Source: an uncultured bacterium (GTDB lineage: Bacteria; Fidelibacterota; Marinisomatia; Marinisomatales; AB-629-J13). Taken from it: a stretch of 47,483 nucleotides of DNA. Both the position numbers and the translations under genes were made by a program. The stretch covers positions 1 through 47,483 of the forward strand of contig CAZBZK010000007.1 in the NCBI GenBank assembly GCA_964496365.1. The letters are read 5' to 3'. Below, in pieces: positions 39,378 to 47,247 of this stretch (positions are counted from its first letter, which is position 1; every line of letters starts with the position of its first letter). The notes below the pieces were generated by a model. It had not been told where the DNA came from. It made no database searches and saw only the letters and a list, made by a program, of their open reading frames with translations.

Positions 39378-39767
39378 TTAAACTCTACCTGTAATACTGG
39401 AACTGATGCCTTTGTACAATCGACTTAACATCCTGGTTGTAAATTCGTATTTAATTTGATTTTCGGCTAATTCAGCCATTTCGAGAGGCAAATCTACCTC
39501 TATACCATCTCCCCCTTTTCCTTGGATTTTTGATTCCCAAGGCGGTCCCTCATCGATATGTCGAGTATGACTTGTCCTTAATTCTTTTTGATTATATTGA
39601 AGTTCTGATGATGCAGTTGTCAGTTCTTGAGTAAAATTCGTATTTACTCTTTTATAATCTTGCTTATTAACATTTTTGATATTTTTTGAAATAGCCTCAT
39701 GTTGTTTTTGGTAAACATTCAGTGCTCTCTTCAATATCTGGTTTTGTTGTGATTCGAGAATTTTCAT
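39378..39767 (-). CDS. flgB: Rod protein FlgB (divergent N-terminal motif)
   Basis: TSHTRHI and VDLPLEMAELAENQIKY; first gene upstream of flgC. Confidence 0.9.
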   Translation of the reverse strand: MKILESQQNQILKRALNVYQKQHEAISKNIKNVNKQDYKRVNTNFTQELTTASSELQYNQKELRTSHTRHIDEGPPWESKIQGKGGDGIEVDLPLEMAELAENQIKYEFTTRMLSRLYKGISSSITGRV

Positions 39768-39784
39768 GATTCAGAAAACTATGT

Positions 39785-39800
39785 GTCAATTCATGTGCCA
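39785..39800 (-). promoter_or_regulatory. Sigma54 (-24/-12)-like promoter of the flgB...fliA operon
   Basis: Minus strand TGGCAC-ATGAA-TTGAC, ending 17 nt upstream of the flgB ATG; immediately downstream of a sigma54 activator gene. Confidence 0.75.
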
Positions 39801-39932
39801 TAATGATGTTTTCTGAATAAAAAATAATATTACTTCTATCTAAGTAACTAAATATTACAAGTTATGTGTTATTTATAATCATATTCTTTAGGATAATAAT
39901 CGTACATGATTTGCAAAGTTGTCACCTATCGG

Positions 39933-39945
39933 GGAAAATTATTCC
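39933..39945. promoter_or_regulatory. Candidate enhancer (activator-binding) palindrome
   Basis: GGAA-AATTA-TTCC centred 140 bp upstream of the -24 GG. Confidence 0.6.
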
Positions 39946-39998
39946 AATGGATAATATGACTATAACCGGAATAAACTCTGAGTAAACATAGGTTAAAA

Positions 39999-41381
39999 TT
40001 AATTTCGATCTCCGACTAAAAAAGGTGTATCCCCACTTTGTTCATATTGATGTAGTTTATTTCTTAATGTTCTAACGCTAATTCCTAAAATATCAGCAGC
40101 CATAGTTCGATTGTCCTTGGTACGTTTTAAAGTGGAAATAATGAGTTGTTTTTCTACTTCAGCAATGGTCATAGGTGCTAATTCAACTCCATTGTTCTCA
40201 TCAAAAATGTCATGTTCTTTTTCCAGATTAAAATGTTCCAAAGTTAAGGTAGGCTCATCGCCAGAAAACAAAATTGCTCTTTCAATTAAATTTTCAAGTT
40301 GACGGACATTTCCATTCCATTTTTGTTTATTCAATGTTTGAATTACGTCAGCATTAACCGTTTTACTTTTATATTGATATTTTTTCTGGAATTTTAAAAT
40401 AAAATGATCAATTAATAAGGGAATATCTCCAGCCCTGTGTCTTAATGGAGGTACCGTTAAGGGGAATACATTTAAACGGTAGAATAAATCCTGACGAAAT
40501 TTTCCATCCTTCAATTCATCTTTTATTTTTCTGTTGGAAGTGGCGATTACACGAACATTGACTTTTATTTCCTTCGTACTTCCTACCCTTGTTATTGTAC
40601 CTTCTTGTAAAACTCTTAATAATTTCGCCTGCATCGTTGGTGGTGTTTCTGTAATCTCATCAAGTAATAACGTTCCATTATTTGCTTCTTCAAATAAACC
40701 TTTGTGTTGTTTGACTGCATTAGTAAAGGATCCTTTTTCATGTCCAAAAAATGTACTTTCTACTAATGTATCCGGTATAGCTGAACAATTTATTTTTAAA
40801 AATGGTTTATTACTTCTGTCGCTATTTTCATGAATCGATTCAGCAATTAGTTCCTTTCCTGTACCACTTTCACCTTGAATTAGTACCGGTGCGTCACTGG
40901 TTGATACCACATTAATCAAATGAAATATTTCTTGAATTTCCGTACTCTGTCCCACAATTTTTCTAAACTTTTTATCATTAGATAATTGTTTTTTCAATGT
41001 CTTATTTTCATGTTTTAATCCTTGAAATTCAAAATATCGTTCAATATTCGATTCCATTTGTGGGATAGAAAACGGTTTTGTAATGAAATCAAAAGCTCCT
41101 TTTTTTAATGCACTCACAGCGGTTTCAACCGTTCCATAGGCAGTCATTATTAAAAATCCTATATCTGGTTTTACGGTTTTTACTTTATCCATCAACTCAA
41201 CTCCAGTCAATCCTGGCATCATTAAATCGGTGATGACCAAATCGAAATCCGATGCTAATATTTTTTCGTATGCTTTGATTCCATCTACTGCTATTTCAAT
41301 TTGAAATTCAGGATGGGATAGGGCTTCCTTGATTATATGTCTTAAACTTCGGTCGTCTTCGACAATTAGAATATTTTTCAC
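39999..41381 (-). CDS. Sigma54-dependent response regulator (REC-AAA+-Fis HTH), probable flagellar activator
   Basis: ITDLMMP, GESGTGKE, GSFTNA (GAFTGA position), LLLDEI, DLFYRLNV, WNGNVRQL and LGISVRTLRNKL. GTG start with AGGAGG RBS. Confidence 0.95.
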   Translation of the reverse strand: MKNILIVEDDRSLRHIIKEALSHPEFQIEIAVDGIKAYEKILASDFDLVITDLMMPGLTGVELMDKVKTVKPDIGFLIMTAYGTVETAVSALKKGAFDFITKPFSIPQMESNIERYFEFQGLKHENKTLKKQLSNDKKFRKIVGQSTEIQEIFHLINVVSTSDAPVLIQGESGTGKELIAESIHENSDRSNKPFLKINCSAIPDTLVESTFFGHEKGSFTNAVKQHKGLFEEANNGTLLLDEITETPPTMQAKLLRVLQEGTITRVGSTKEIKVNVRVIATSNRKIKDELKDGKFRQDLFYRLNVFPLTVPPLRHRAGDIPLLIDHFILKFQKKYQYKSKTVNADVIQTLNKQKWNGNVRQLENLIERAILFSGDEPTLTLEHFNLEKEHDIFDENNGVELAPMTIAEVEKQLIISTLKRTKDNRTMAADILGISVRTLRNKLHQYEQSGDTPFLVGDRN

Positions 41382-41439
41382 AAAATCCTCCTAAAATGAT
41401 ACCTTAAATTTGATAATGTATAAAATGGTCCTTTTGAAA

Positions 41440-42048
41440 TTATTTTTCATGTGTATTTTTTTTTCTGAATTTTAAAGGATGTTCAATCAGTTTTTGGTAA
41501 GATAATTCAACCGTTTGTTGTTTTGATTTAGGACCATCATATTGAGTAGATTTGGATTGAATTATATTATTTAATTTTTTTACCAATTCTTTCAATTCTT
41601 TATTTTCTATTCTTAGTGAATGAATAAGATCATGGTCATCCTTTAATTCCATTTTCTTAATTTCACGAACAGCTCGGTTAATGACCGCCAATACTGTATC
41701 AATCCTGAATGGTTTAATTAAATAATCAAAAGCATTTGATCTTAATGCTTCAACGGCAGATTTTACACCGGGATATCCAGTCATGATGATGTTAATTGTG
41801 GTGGGACTGATCGAAGTAATTTTTTTACATAATTCGATACCGGACTCAACGGGAAGTTGAACATCCAGCAATGTAAAATGAATGGTGTGCTTTTTTACGA
41901 TTGAAATTGCTAAATCTGAATTTGGGGCAGTATAGGAAGTAAATCCATTATTTTCCAGTCCGGTTGACAAAATTTTTGAAATGTTTTCATCATTATCAAC
42001 TATTAGTATATTCACTTCATCTTCACGCAATAAATTGGACTTGTTCAT
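41440..42048 (-). CDS. Response regulator receiver + coiled-coil tail
   Basis: ILIVDND, LLDVQLP, MTGY and DYLIKPF; no recognisable DNA-binding output domain. Confidence 0.9.
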   Translation of the reverse strand: MNKSNLLREDEVNILIVDNDENISKILSTGLENNGFTSYTAPNSDLAISIVKKHTIHFTLLDVQLPVESGIELCKKITSISPTTINIIMTGYPGVKSAVEALRSNAFDYLIKPFRIDTVLAVINRAVREIKKMELKDDHDLIHSLRIENKELKELVKKLNNIIQSKSTQYDGPKSKQQTVELSYQKLIEHPLKFRKKNTHEK

Positions 42049-42101
42049 AAGGTATTATAAATGAGCATCACATCTTACAATTTGGTTGAATTATTATTAT
42101 T

Positions 42102-42413
42102 TTAACTCTCAATATTATTTTTGTCTTCAGGTTTTTCTTTGGTGTCCTTATCAAATCGAATTTCAGATTTTTCACCACATTTGCAGATATGAATAATACC
42201 AACAATGGTATCCTGTTCAAAAATAGGTTCGATTTTTGTAGGTAATTTTTCTTCAATTTCAGATGAGTTCTCTATTATGTCATCATTATGAATATTTACC
42301 AATTTAGAATGAGTATGTCTGATTTTATCTCCTTTTATCACTACTTTTTTTGCTGGGTGAGAAGTGGTCATTTTTTCTGATAAAGGAATAAATTCGGGTT
42401 TATTATTTTCCAT
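42102..42413 (-). CDS. Hypothetical protein with HxCxCG motif
   Basis: IEPIFEQDTIVGIIHICKCGEKSEIRFD; heads the receiver/activator run. Confidence 0.75.
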   Translation of the reverse strand: MENNKPEFIPLSEKMTTSHPAKKVVIKGDKIRHTHSKLVNIHNDDIIENSSEIEEKLPTKIEPIFEQDTIVGIIHICKCGEKSEIRFDKDTKEKPEDKNNIES

Positions 42414-42645
42414 GAGATTTATAAGAATTATTACTTATTCAAGTTAAATTATTCAATTCCTCTTAGTTTTTATTTCTAATTTATTTATTGTATTTGGGCG
42501 CTTATCAAGTGAATGTGCATAAAATATTTCATCCATATAGTTGTATATTTTCCATTAGTATACAAAAAATATTCCGTTTATTCTTGATTTTGAAGCATTT
42601 ACCATTAATTATCTACTTGAAATTAAAATTAAAAATGATCAAAAG

Positions 42646-42658
42646 GGAAAATAATTCC
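42646..42658. promoter_or_regulatory. Third GGAA-N5-TTCC palindrome, in the divergent intergenic region
   Basis: GGAA-AATAA-TTCC ending 30 nt before the kinase ATG. Confidence 0.45.
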
Positions 42659-42688
42659 TTATCAATGGAATATATTTAGTTATTTACC

Positions 42689-43633
42689 ATGAAAGACCAA
42701 TTAAAAAAACTGTCTAATGCACTTTCCCATTTGAACTCAAATACAAGGGAAATCAGTTCCCTTCCAACATTATCAGACAGTGATCCATTTTCCGAAATTT
42801 TTAATTTGGTTAATCAACTATCTTTAAAATTGGAATATTCAAAATCATTGATAGATACATTTCACCGTGTCATTCATTCTGACAGGATAAAAAATGACTC
42901 GGATCAGATCAATCATCGTTTTGAAAAACACCAAATTGAACATATAGCAAATTTGGCACAGTTGGGGTTATTAACAACAGAAATTTCTCACGAAATGACT
43001 CAACCACTTACCTATCTAATGAATTTTCTTCATTCCTACCCAAAAACAAGCCAAATAGGAAAACAAAACGAAAGTTTAGATTTTGCAATAAAAGAAGTCT
43101 ATAGATTGATTAACCTTGTAAACCAAATTCAAGAATTCGGTCAAAATAAAAATGAAATCAACCCTGTTTCCGTGAATAGTAAAGATGTTTTGGATCAAGC
43201 ACTAAATCTTTTAAATGAGAATATTAAATCTCTCCAAATTAAATTAAAAATTGATATTAAAGATGATCTTCCTTTGATAAAAATTAATCCCAATGAATTG
43301 GAACAGGTGTTTATTAACTTAATTCAAAATTCCATCGATTCCTTGAAACAGATTAATAGAATTCCAAAACTTGAATTAAAACTATATGTGGATTCCGATC
43401 ATAATAACTTAATTATAGAAATAAATGACAACGGATCGGGTATGGACGAGAATATGAGAATAAATTTATTTGTACCTTTTTTTACTACAAAATCATCTGA
43501 GAAAGGAACAGGACTTGGATTAACCATTAGCCGAAGAATAATTCAAAAATACAAAGGAACCATTCAATGCAATTCTGAACTGAATCATGGTACGTCTTTT
43601 ATTCTTACCTTTCCCATTTACAAGGATAGGTAA
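42689..43633 (+). CDS. Cytoplasmic histidine kinase (NtrB/FlgS-like) with no recognisable sensor domain
   Basis: ISHEMTQPL, LEQVFINLIQNSID, DNGSGM, FVPFFTTK and KGTGLGL; no TM segment. Confidence 0.92.
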   Translation: MKDQLKKLSNALSHLNSNTREISSLPTLSDSDPFSEIFNLVNQLSLKLEYSKSLIDTFHRVIHSDRIKNDSDQINHRFEKHQIEHIANLAQLGLLTTEISHEMTQPLTYLMNFLHSYPKTSQIGKQNESLDFAIKEVYRLINLVNQIQEFGQNKNEINPVSVNSKDVLDQALNLLNENIKSLQIKLKIDIKDDLPLIKINPNELEQVFINLIQNSIDSLKQINRIPKLELKLYVDSDHNNLIIEINDNGSGMDENMRINLFVPFFTTKSSEKGTGLGLTISRRIIQKYKGTIQCNSELNHGTSFILTFPIYKDR

Positions 43634-43695
43634 TTTGACGAACTACCAAAAATAAACTATTTAAATGGATATGGTAAAGGAAATAAATTTTTTAC

Positions 43696-44196
43696 TCAAA
43701 TAGAATTGAGTATTTTATTTGCTATGACATCCAAAACAGTTTGTGAGTTATAGTCTCCGTTTTGAATTTTTTCCTTAATGAGATTTAGTTTCTCATCTGA
43801 AAGTGGTTTTCGAGTAGATTGATTTTCTTTCGAAATAGACGAAGCGTTGATCGTAGATAAGACCGATTGAGCTACGTCATCAACAACCTGAGGTTTATCA
43901 TAAAACCCAGATTCAATTCTTTGTTGAATCTTAAAAAGGTCCGGTGTGTTTCGTTGGGGTAATTGTTTGACTTCTCGTACATATCGAGCAATAGTCTCTT
44001 TTTGTGAAACCTGGTTAGCCTTATCAGATGAAATTTGAACACTATCTTTTCGGGAAAAAGCTTGGGAAGAATCCTCAATTTTTTTAGGAGTATTTACATT
44101 TTCCTTTTTTGATGACTTAACTCGGCGAATCTTATCTTCACTTTCAATATTTTGAAGATTTCGATTTAATCCTGATAATTCTTTTAAGGGTGTCAT
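43696..44196 (-). CDS. flgM: FlgM-like anti-sigma28 factor with duplicated C-terminal motif
   Basis: KDSVQISS, then KIQQRIESGFY...VAQSVL and LIKEKIQNGDY...IANKIL. Confidence 0.72.
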   Translation of the reverse strand: MTPLKELSGLNRNLQNIESEDKIRRVKSSKKENVNTPKKIEDSSQAFSRKDSVQISSDKANQVSQKETIARYVREVKQLPQRNTPDLFKIQQRIESGFYDKPQVVDDVAQSVLSTINASSISKENQSTRKPLSDEKLNLIKEKIQNGDYNSQTVLDVIANKILNSI

Positions 44197-44201
44197 AAAT
44201 T

Positions 44202-44621
44202 TTAATCTAATGTAATATCAACTATTTGCTTTCTGTACGGACGAACGGATCCGTCCTTACGTTTATTATCGGAATGAACACACAATCCTTTAACGATTTC
44301 TTCTTTTTTCATCACCAGCAAATCTAACATTTTTGCATCCATTTCTACAAGCTTTAGTGCGATGCCTTTTATTTCCTTTTTGAGATAATTAATTTTTTCT
44401 TTCTCGACTTTGAAATTCGATGACGACTCCAATGATTTTCGAATGACTTCCAATTTTTTTAAGGAATCAATATGTGCTTCCCTGCTTTCCAACAGTTTTT
44501 GGAGTGAATTTGATGTAGGAGAATTTTGATGATTAACTTGTTGAGTTTTATACAAAATCTCTCTAAAACAAACCAATTCGTTTTCCAGAAGTTTTTCTAG
44601 TTGATTTCTTTTTTGCCCCAT
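44202..44621 (-). CDS. Helical flagellar chaperone-like protein (FliT/FlgN-like)
   Basis: LLESREAHIDSL...I..LVEMD..M..L pattern; in the fliS-fliD operon. Confidence 0.55.
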   Translation of the reverse strand: MGQKRNQLEKLLENELVCFREILYKTQQVNHQNSPTSNSLQKLLESREAHIDSLKKLEVIRKSLESSSNFKVEKEKINYLKKEIKGIALKLVEMDAKMLDLLVMKKEEIVKGLCVHSDNKRKDGSVRPYRKQIVDITLD

Positions 44622-44623
44622 AT

Positions 44624-44986
44624 CTAAATCTTGTTATGAAATATGATACCGCTAATTTCCTCTAATTGTTTTAATAAATTAACCATTTCTTTTGGCGGAA
44701 TTTGACGAATAATTTCTCCCGTTTCGCTGTCTTTTACTAAGATTACTTGTCTCTCATTTTCAAAATCATACCCAAATGATACTTTTGTGCTGAACACCTT
44801 CACATATTCATTCACGCTTGCTACCATATTGGTAATGTCAGAACTGTTTAATTCGCCTTGTGTTAACATTTCAGTTTTTGTTTCCGGTTTTAATCCTTCA
44901 GATGTACGTATAATATCCGTTGCAATTGGTATTTTTTCTGCCGGAGGTAAATTTGATTGAATTTGGTTTATATTCATTTCATCCAT
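44624..44986 (-). CDS. flaG: FlaG family protein
   Basis: VKDSETGEIIRQIPPKEM signature. Confidence 0.92.
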   Translation of the reverse strand: MDEMNINQIQSNLPPAEKIPIATDIIRTSEGLKPETKTEMLTQGELNSSDITNMVASVNEYVKVFSTKVSFGYDFENERQVILVKDSETGEIIRQIPPKEMVNLLKQLEEISGIIFHNKI

Positions 44987-45002
44987 GATAATTATCCTTT
45001 AA

Positions 45003-46559
45003 CTAAAATCTTGATCCAAAATTACTTAAAAATGCTTGTTGTCGTGATAATTGACTCATCATAGTTTGTATTCGAGAAAAATCATCCCGTAGCTGAGTTT
45101 CTCTTTTTAATAGAATTTCATCCCAATAACTTATTCGTTCATTCAGTTGAATAATGGAATCGTCTACTGCCTCTTTACTTGCATCTATGGTTCCTCCTAC
45201 TTTCACATAATTATCTACATAATCATTAATTAAAGTTGCGATTCCATTTGTATCTGCATTGAAAATGTCTGCTACATTTTTTGAATTGGCTTCTAGTGCA
45301 ACTGTAAACTTGGATGTATCCACTATGGAATAATTTCCAGAACTATTCGGTTCAATTCCTAAATCATAAAGTCTATCATAGGTTGCAGAAGAAGCATTTG
45401 ACACAACCGTCGCTAATTTGAATCTCAAATCTGAAGACAATTGTCGGTATAAAGTATCACTTGATAATATTCCCTTATTTTTTGATATAGGATTCATTTC
45501 AGCATTTTCTTTTAGGTAATTAATGGCTTCATTAAATGCATCGAGAAAGTCTTGAACTTCTTTTTTTACTCCCTCAACATCTGCGGAAACCGTCAAAGTC
45601 TCTGCATCTGAAAATGTATCCAATAAAGAAAGGGTTACACCTGTTAATGCGTCCGTTACGTTATTTGAGTCTCGATAAAAAGTAAGACCATTTAACGAGA
45701 ATTTTGAATTTAATTCACTATTGGTTATTCCAGTTCCCACTGTGGTAATATATCCACCTGAGGTCCCGGAAGATTGAGAACCTGAATTGATTTCTAACAA
45801 TGTCAATAAATTATCACTGGAATCTGTAAAATCCATTCTGTAACTATAACCAGAAGAAGCACTTCGGAATATCAATCTTGAAACTCCGTCTTCTTCTTCA
45901 ACTACATCGGTGTTGATAATATCTAAATTATTTAATTTATATTCGTCGTTATCTCCGTCATTATCATAATCAACACTAGTCGTCAATGCTGCTCCCATAG
46001 CATCTTTGATTGCAGATGCTATTTTTGCCAAAACTTCCTTGTCGGTTTGGGTAAAAACGGATGCCTCTACAGTTACATCTATATTCACTCTTTGATAAAT
46101 GGAGTCTCCGTAGGTGCTTGATGAAGAGTTACCATCAGTGTAGTAATTTCCAACCGTAATAGTAAATGTTTGGTCCGTGGTAATTCCTGTAAAACTTGAG
46201 TCAGTATCGGTAAACTGTTTTGATACCCGAGTATCAGAACTGGCAAGACGATCCACTGTTATATCATGAGTTCCCGAACTGGCTGAATAACTTGCGGATG
46301 CTCCTAAAAGATTGGAATCAGTGGTAGATGCCTTTTTTAATGAAAAATAATCTGTAATGTCATCCGTCAGTCTTTCAGATACTGAGTTTAGTGACGATAA
46401 TTTAGAATCTAAGGTTGATAAAGTTGCCCTACGCTTCGTAAGGTTTTCTTTATTTTGAATAATCGTATTTTTTGGACGTGATTCAAGTTGAATATACTGA
46501 CTTACCAAATGATCAATGGAGTTCTTTGAATCAAAAATAGACGATATATCAAAAGCCAT
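45003..46559 (-). CDS. fliD: Filament cap protein FliD
   Basis: LVSQYIQLESRP, ITVDRLA, SNNVTDALTGVTL, FLDAFN, LYDLGI and C-terminal L...F..I...MSQL. Confidence 0.92.
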   Translation of the reverse strand: MAFDISSIFDSKNSIDHLVSQYIQLESRPKNTIIQNKENLTKRRATLSTLDSKLSSLNSVSERLTDDITDYFSLKKASTTDSNLLGASASYSASSGTHDITVDRLASSDTRVSKQFTDTDSSFTGITTDQTFTITVGNYYTDGNSSSSTYGDSIYQRVNIDVTVEASVFTQTDKEVLAKIASAIKDAMGAALTTSVDYDNDGDNDEYKLNNLDIINTDVVEEEDGVSRLIFRSASSGYSYRMDFTDSSDNLLTLLEINSGSQSSGTSGGYITTVGTGITNSELNSKFSLNGLTFYRDSNNVTDALTGVTLSLLDTFSDAETLTVSADVEGVKKEVQDFLDAFNEAINYLKENAEMNPISKNKGILSSDTLYRQLSSDLRFKLATVVSNASSATYDRLYDLGIEPNSSGNYSIVDTSKFTVALEANSKNVADIFNADTNGIATLINDYVDNYVKVGGTIDASKEAVDDSIIQLNERISYWDEILLKRETQLRDDFSRIQTMMSQLSRQQAFLSNFGSRF

Positions 46560-46576
46560 AATTTTTCTTTCCTGAT

Positions 46577-46924
46577 TTAATAAACCTTCATGGCATTTGC
46601 CCAGGTTTTTCTAATATCTTTCAAATGTGTATGTGCTTCCTCAAATTTTTTATTTCTTATTAAATTAAATATGAAATCATAAGTGTTATAAAATCTGGCG
46701 GAAACTTCTTTTTGTTCTTCCTTTTCACCAAAATTTAATGAATCGATCAAGACATGCAAAGCCGAGGATGCTTTTTCAATATCACGAGCTATACAACCAG
46801 ATATTGCCGCATCATAAACATAAGCAATGAGTTGCTCAGGACTCGCTGAAAGTATTTTTTGTTCTAGATACGGATCGCCTTTTGTGTTTTCTGATTTGGT
46901 CTTCAACATGGTTTTAAGTTTCAC
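46577..46924 (-). CDS. fliS: Flagellin chaperone FliS (short type)
   Basis: YLEQKILSASPEQLI..YDAAI, LIDSLNF and IRKTW. Alternative ATG start at 46909. Confidence 0.88.
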   Translation of the reverse strand: MKLKTMLKTKSENTKGDPYLEQKILSASPEQLIAYVYDAAISGCIARDIEKASSALHVLIDSLNFGEKEEQKEVSARFYNTYDFIFNLIRNKKFEEAHTHLKDIRKTWANAMKVY

Positions 46925-46993
46925 TAATTATTTTCTTTGACAATAACTATACCAAATTGATAATTAATAACAATTTTCAATGCTATATGTTTA

Positions 46994-47020
46994 ATATCGG
47001 TATGTTCATTATTATTTTTA
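46994..47020 (-). promoter_or_regulatory. Sigma28 (FliA) promoter of the fliS-fliD-flaG-orf-flgM operon
   Basis: Minus strand TAAA-N15-ACCGATAT against consensus TAAA-N15-GCCGATA(A/T); spacing exact. Confidence 0.8.
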
Positions 47021-47107
47021 AATCAAGATTAGATTGCCCTTATGATGAATTGTTTTTCATTTTTCCTCGGATTCATCCTATAGAATAAAATCTAAAGAAA
47101 TTATTAT

Positions 47108-47144
47108 AAATAAAAAATCAGGAATAACTCCTGATTTTTTATTT
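47108..47144. terminator. Intrinsic terminator-like hairpin with symmetric A/T tails
   Basis: AAATAAAAAATCAGGA-ATAAC-TCCTGATTTTTTATTT, downstream of flagellin. Confidence 0.72.
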
Positions 47145-47190
47145 TGTGTTTTAATAGTATTCCTATCATGAACAAATTTTATTAGAGGAA

Positions 47191-47215
47191 GGGAGCGGAA
47201 AATATTTCCGCCCCC
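47191..47215 (-). terminator. GC-rich hairpin just after the flagellin stop
   Basis: GGGAGCGGAA-AATAT-TTCCGCCCCC inverted repeat with a weak U tract; terminator or 3' stabilising stem. Confidence 0.55.
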
Positions 47216-47247
47216 TATGGTCTAACTATTAATTTCAGAATTCAAAA

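Noticed and set aside
1480-40833. Many 60-99 aa plus-strand ORFs (e.g. 1480-1770, 23179-23502, 36738-37034, 40534-40833)
   Set aside because: They lie antisense to well-supported genes and carry no motifs; treated as shadow ORFs.
42068-42256. 62 aa minus-strand ORF
   Set aside because: Alternative frame overlapping the more credible 42102-42413 ORF.
42504-42520. Sigma54-like ATGCACATTCACTTGAT upstream of the CxC gene, about 130 bp from the third palindrome
   Set aside because: Lacks the -24 GG and the spacing is off by one; not supportable as a promoter.
42488-42679. 63 aa plus-strand ORF in the divergent intergenic region
   Set aside because: TTG start, composition typical of AT-rich non-coding DNA, and it overlaps the probable promoter region.
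47197-47209. Fourth GGAA-N5-TTCC copy
   Set aside because: It is the core of the GC-rich hairpin after flagellin, and no -24/-12 element lies at the expected distance; better explained as RNA structure.
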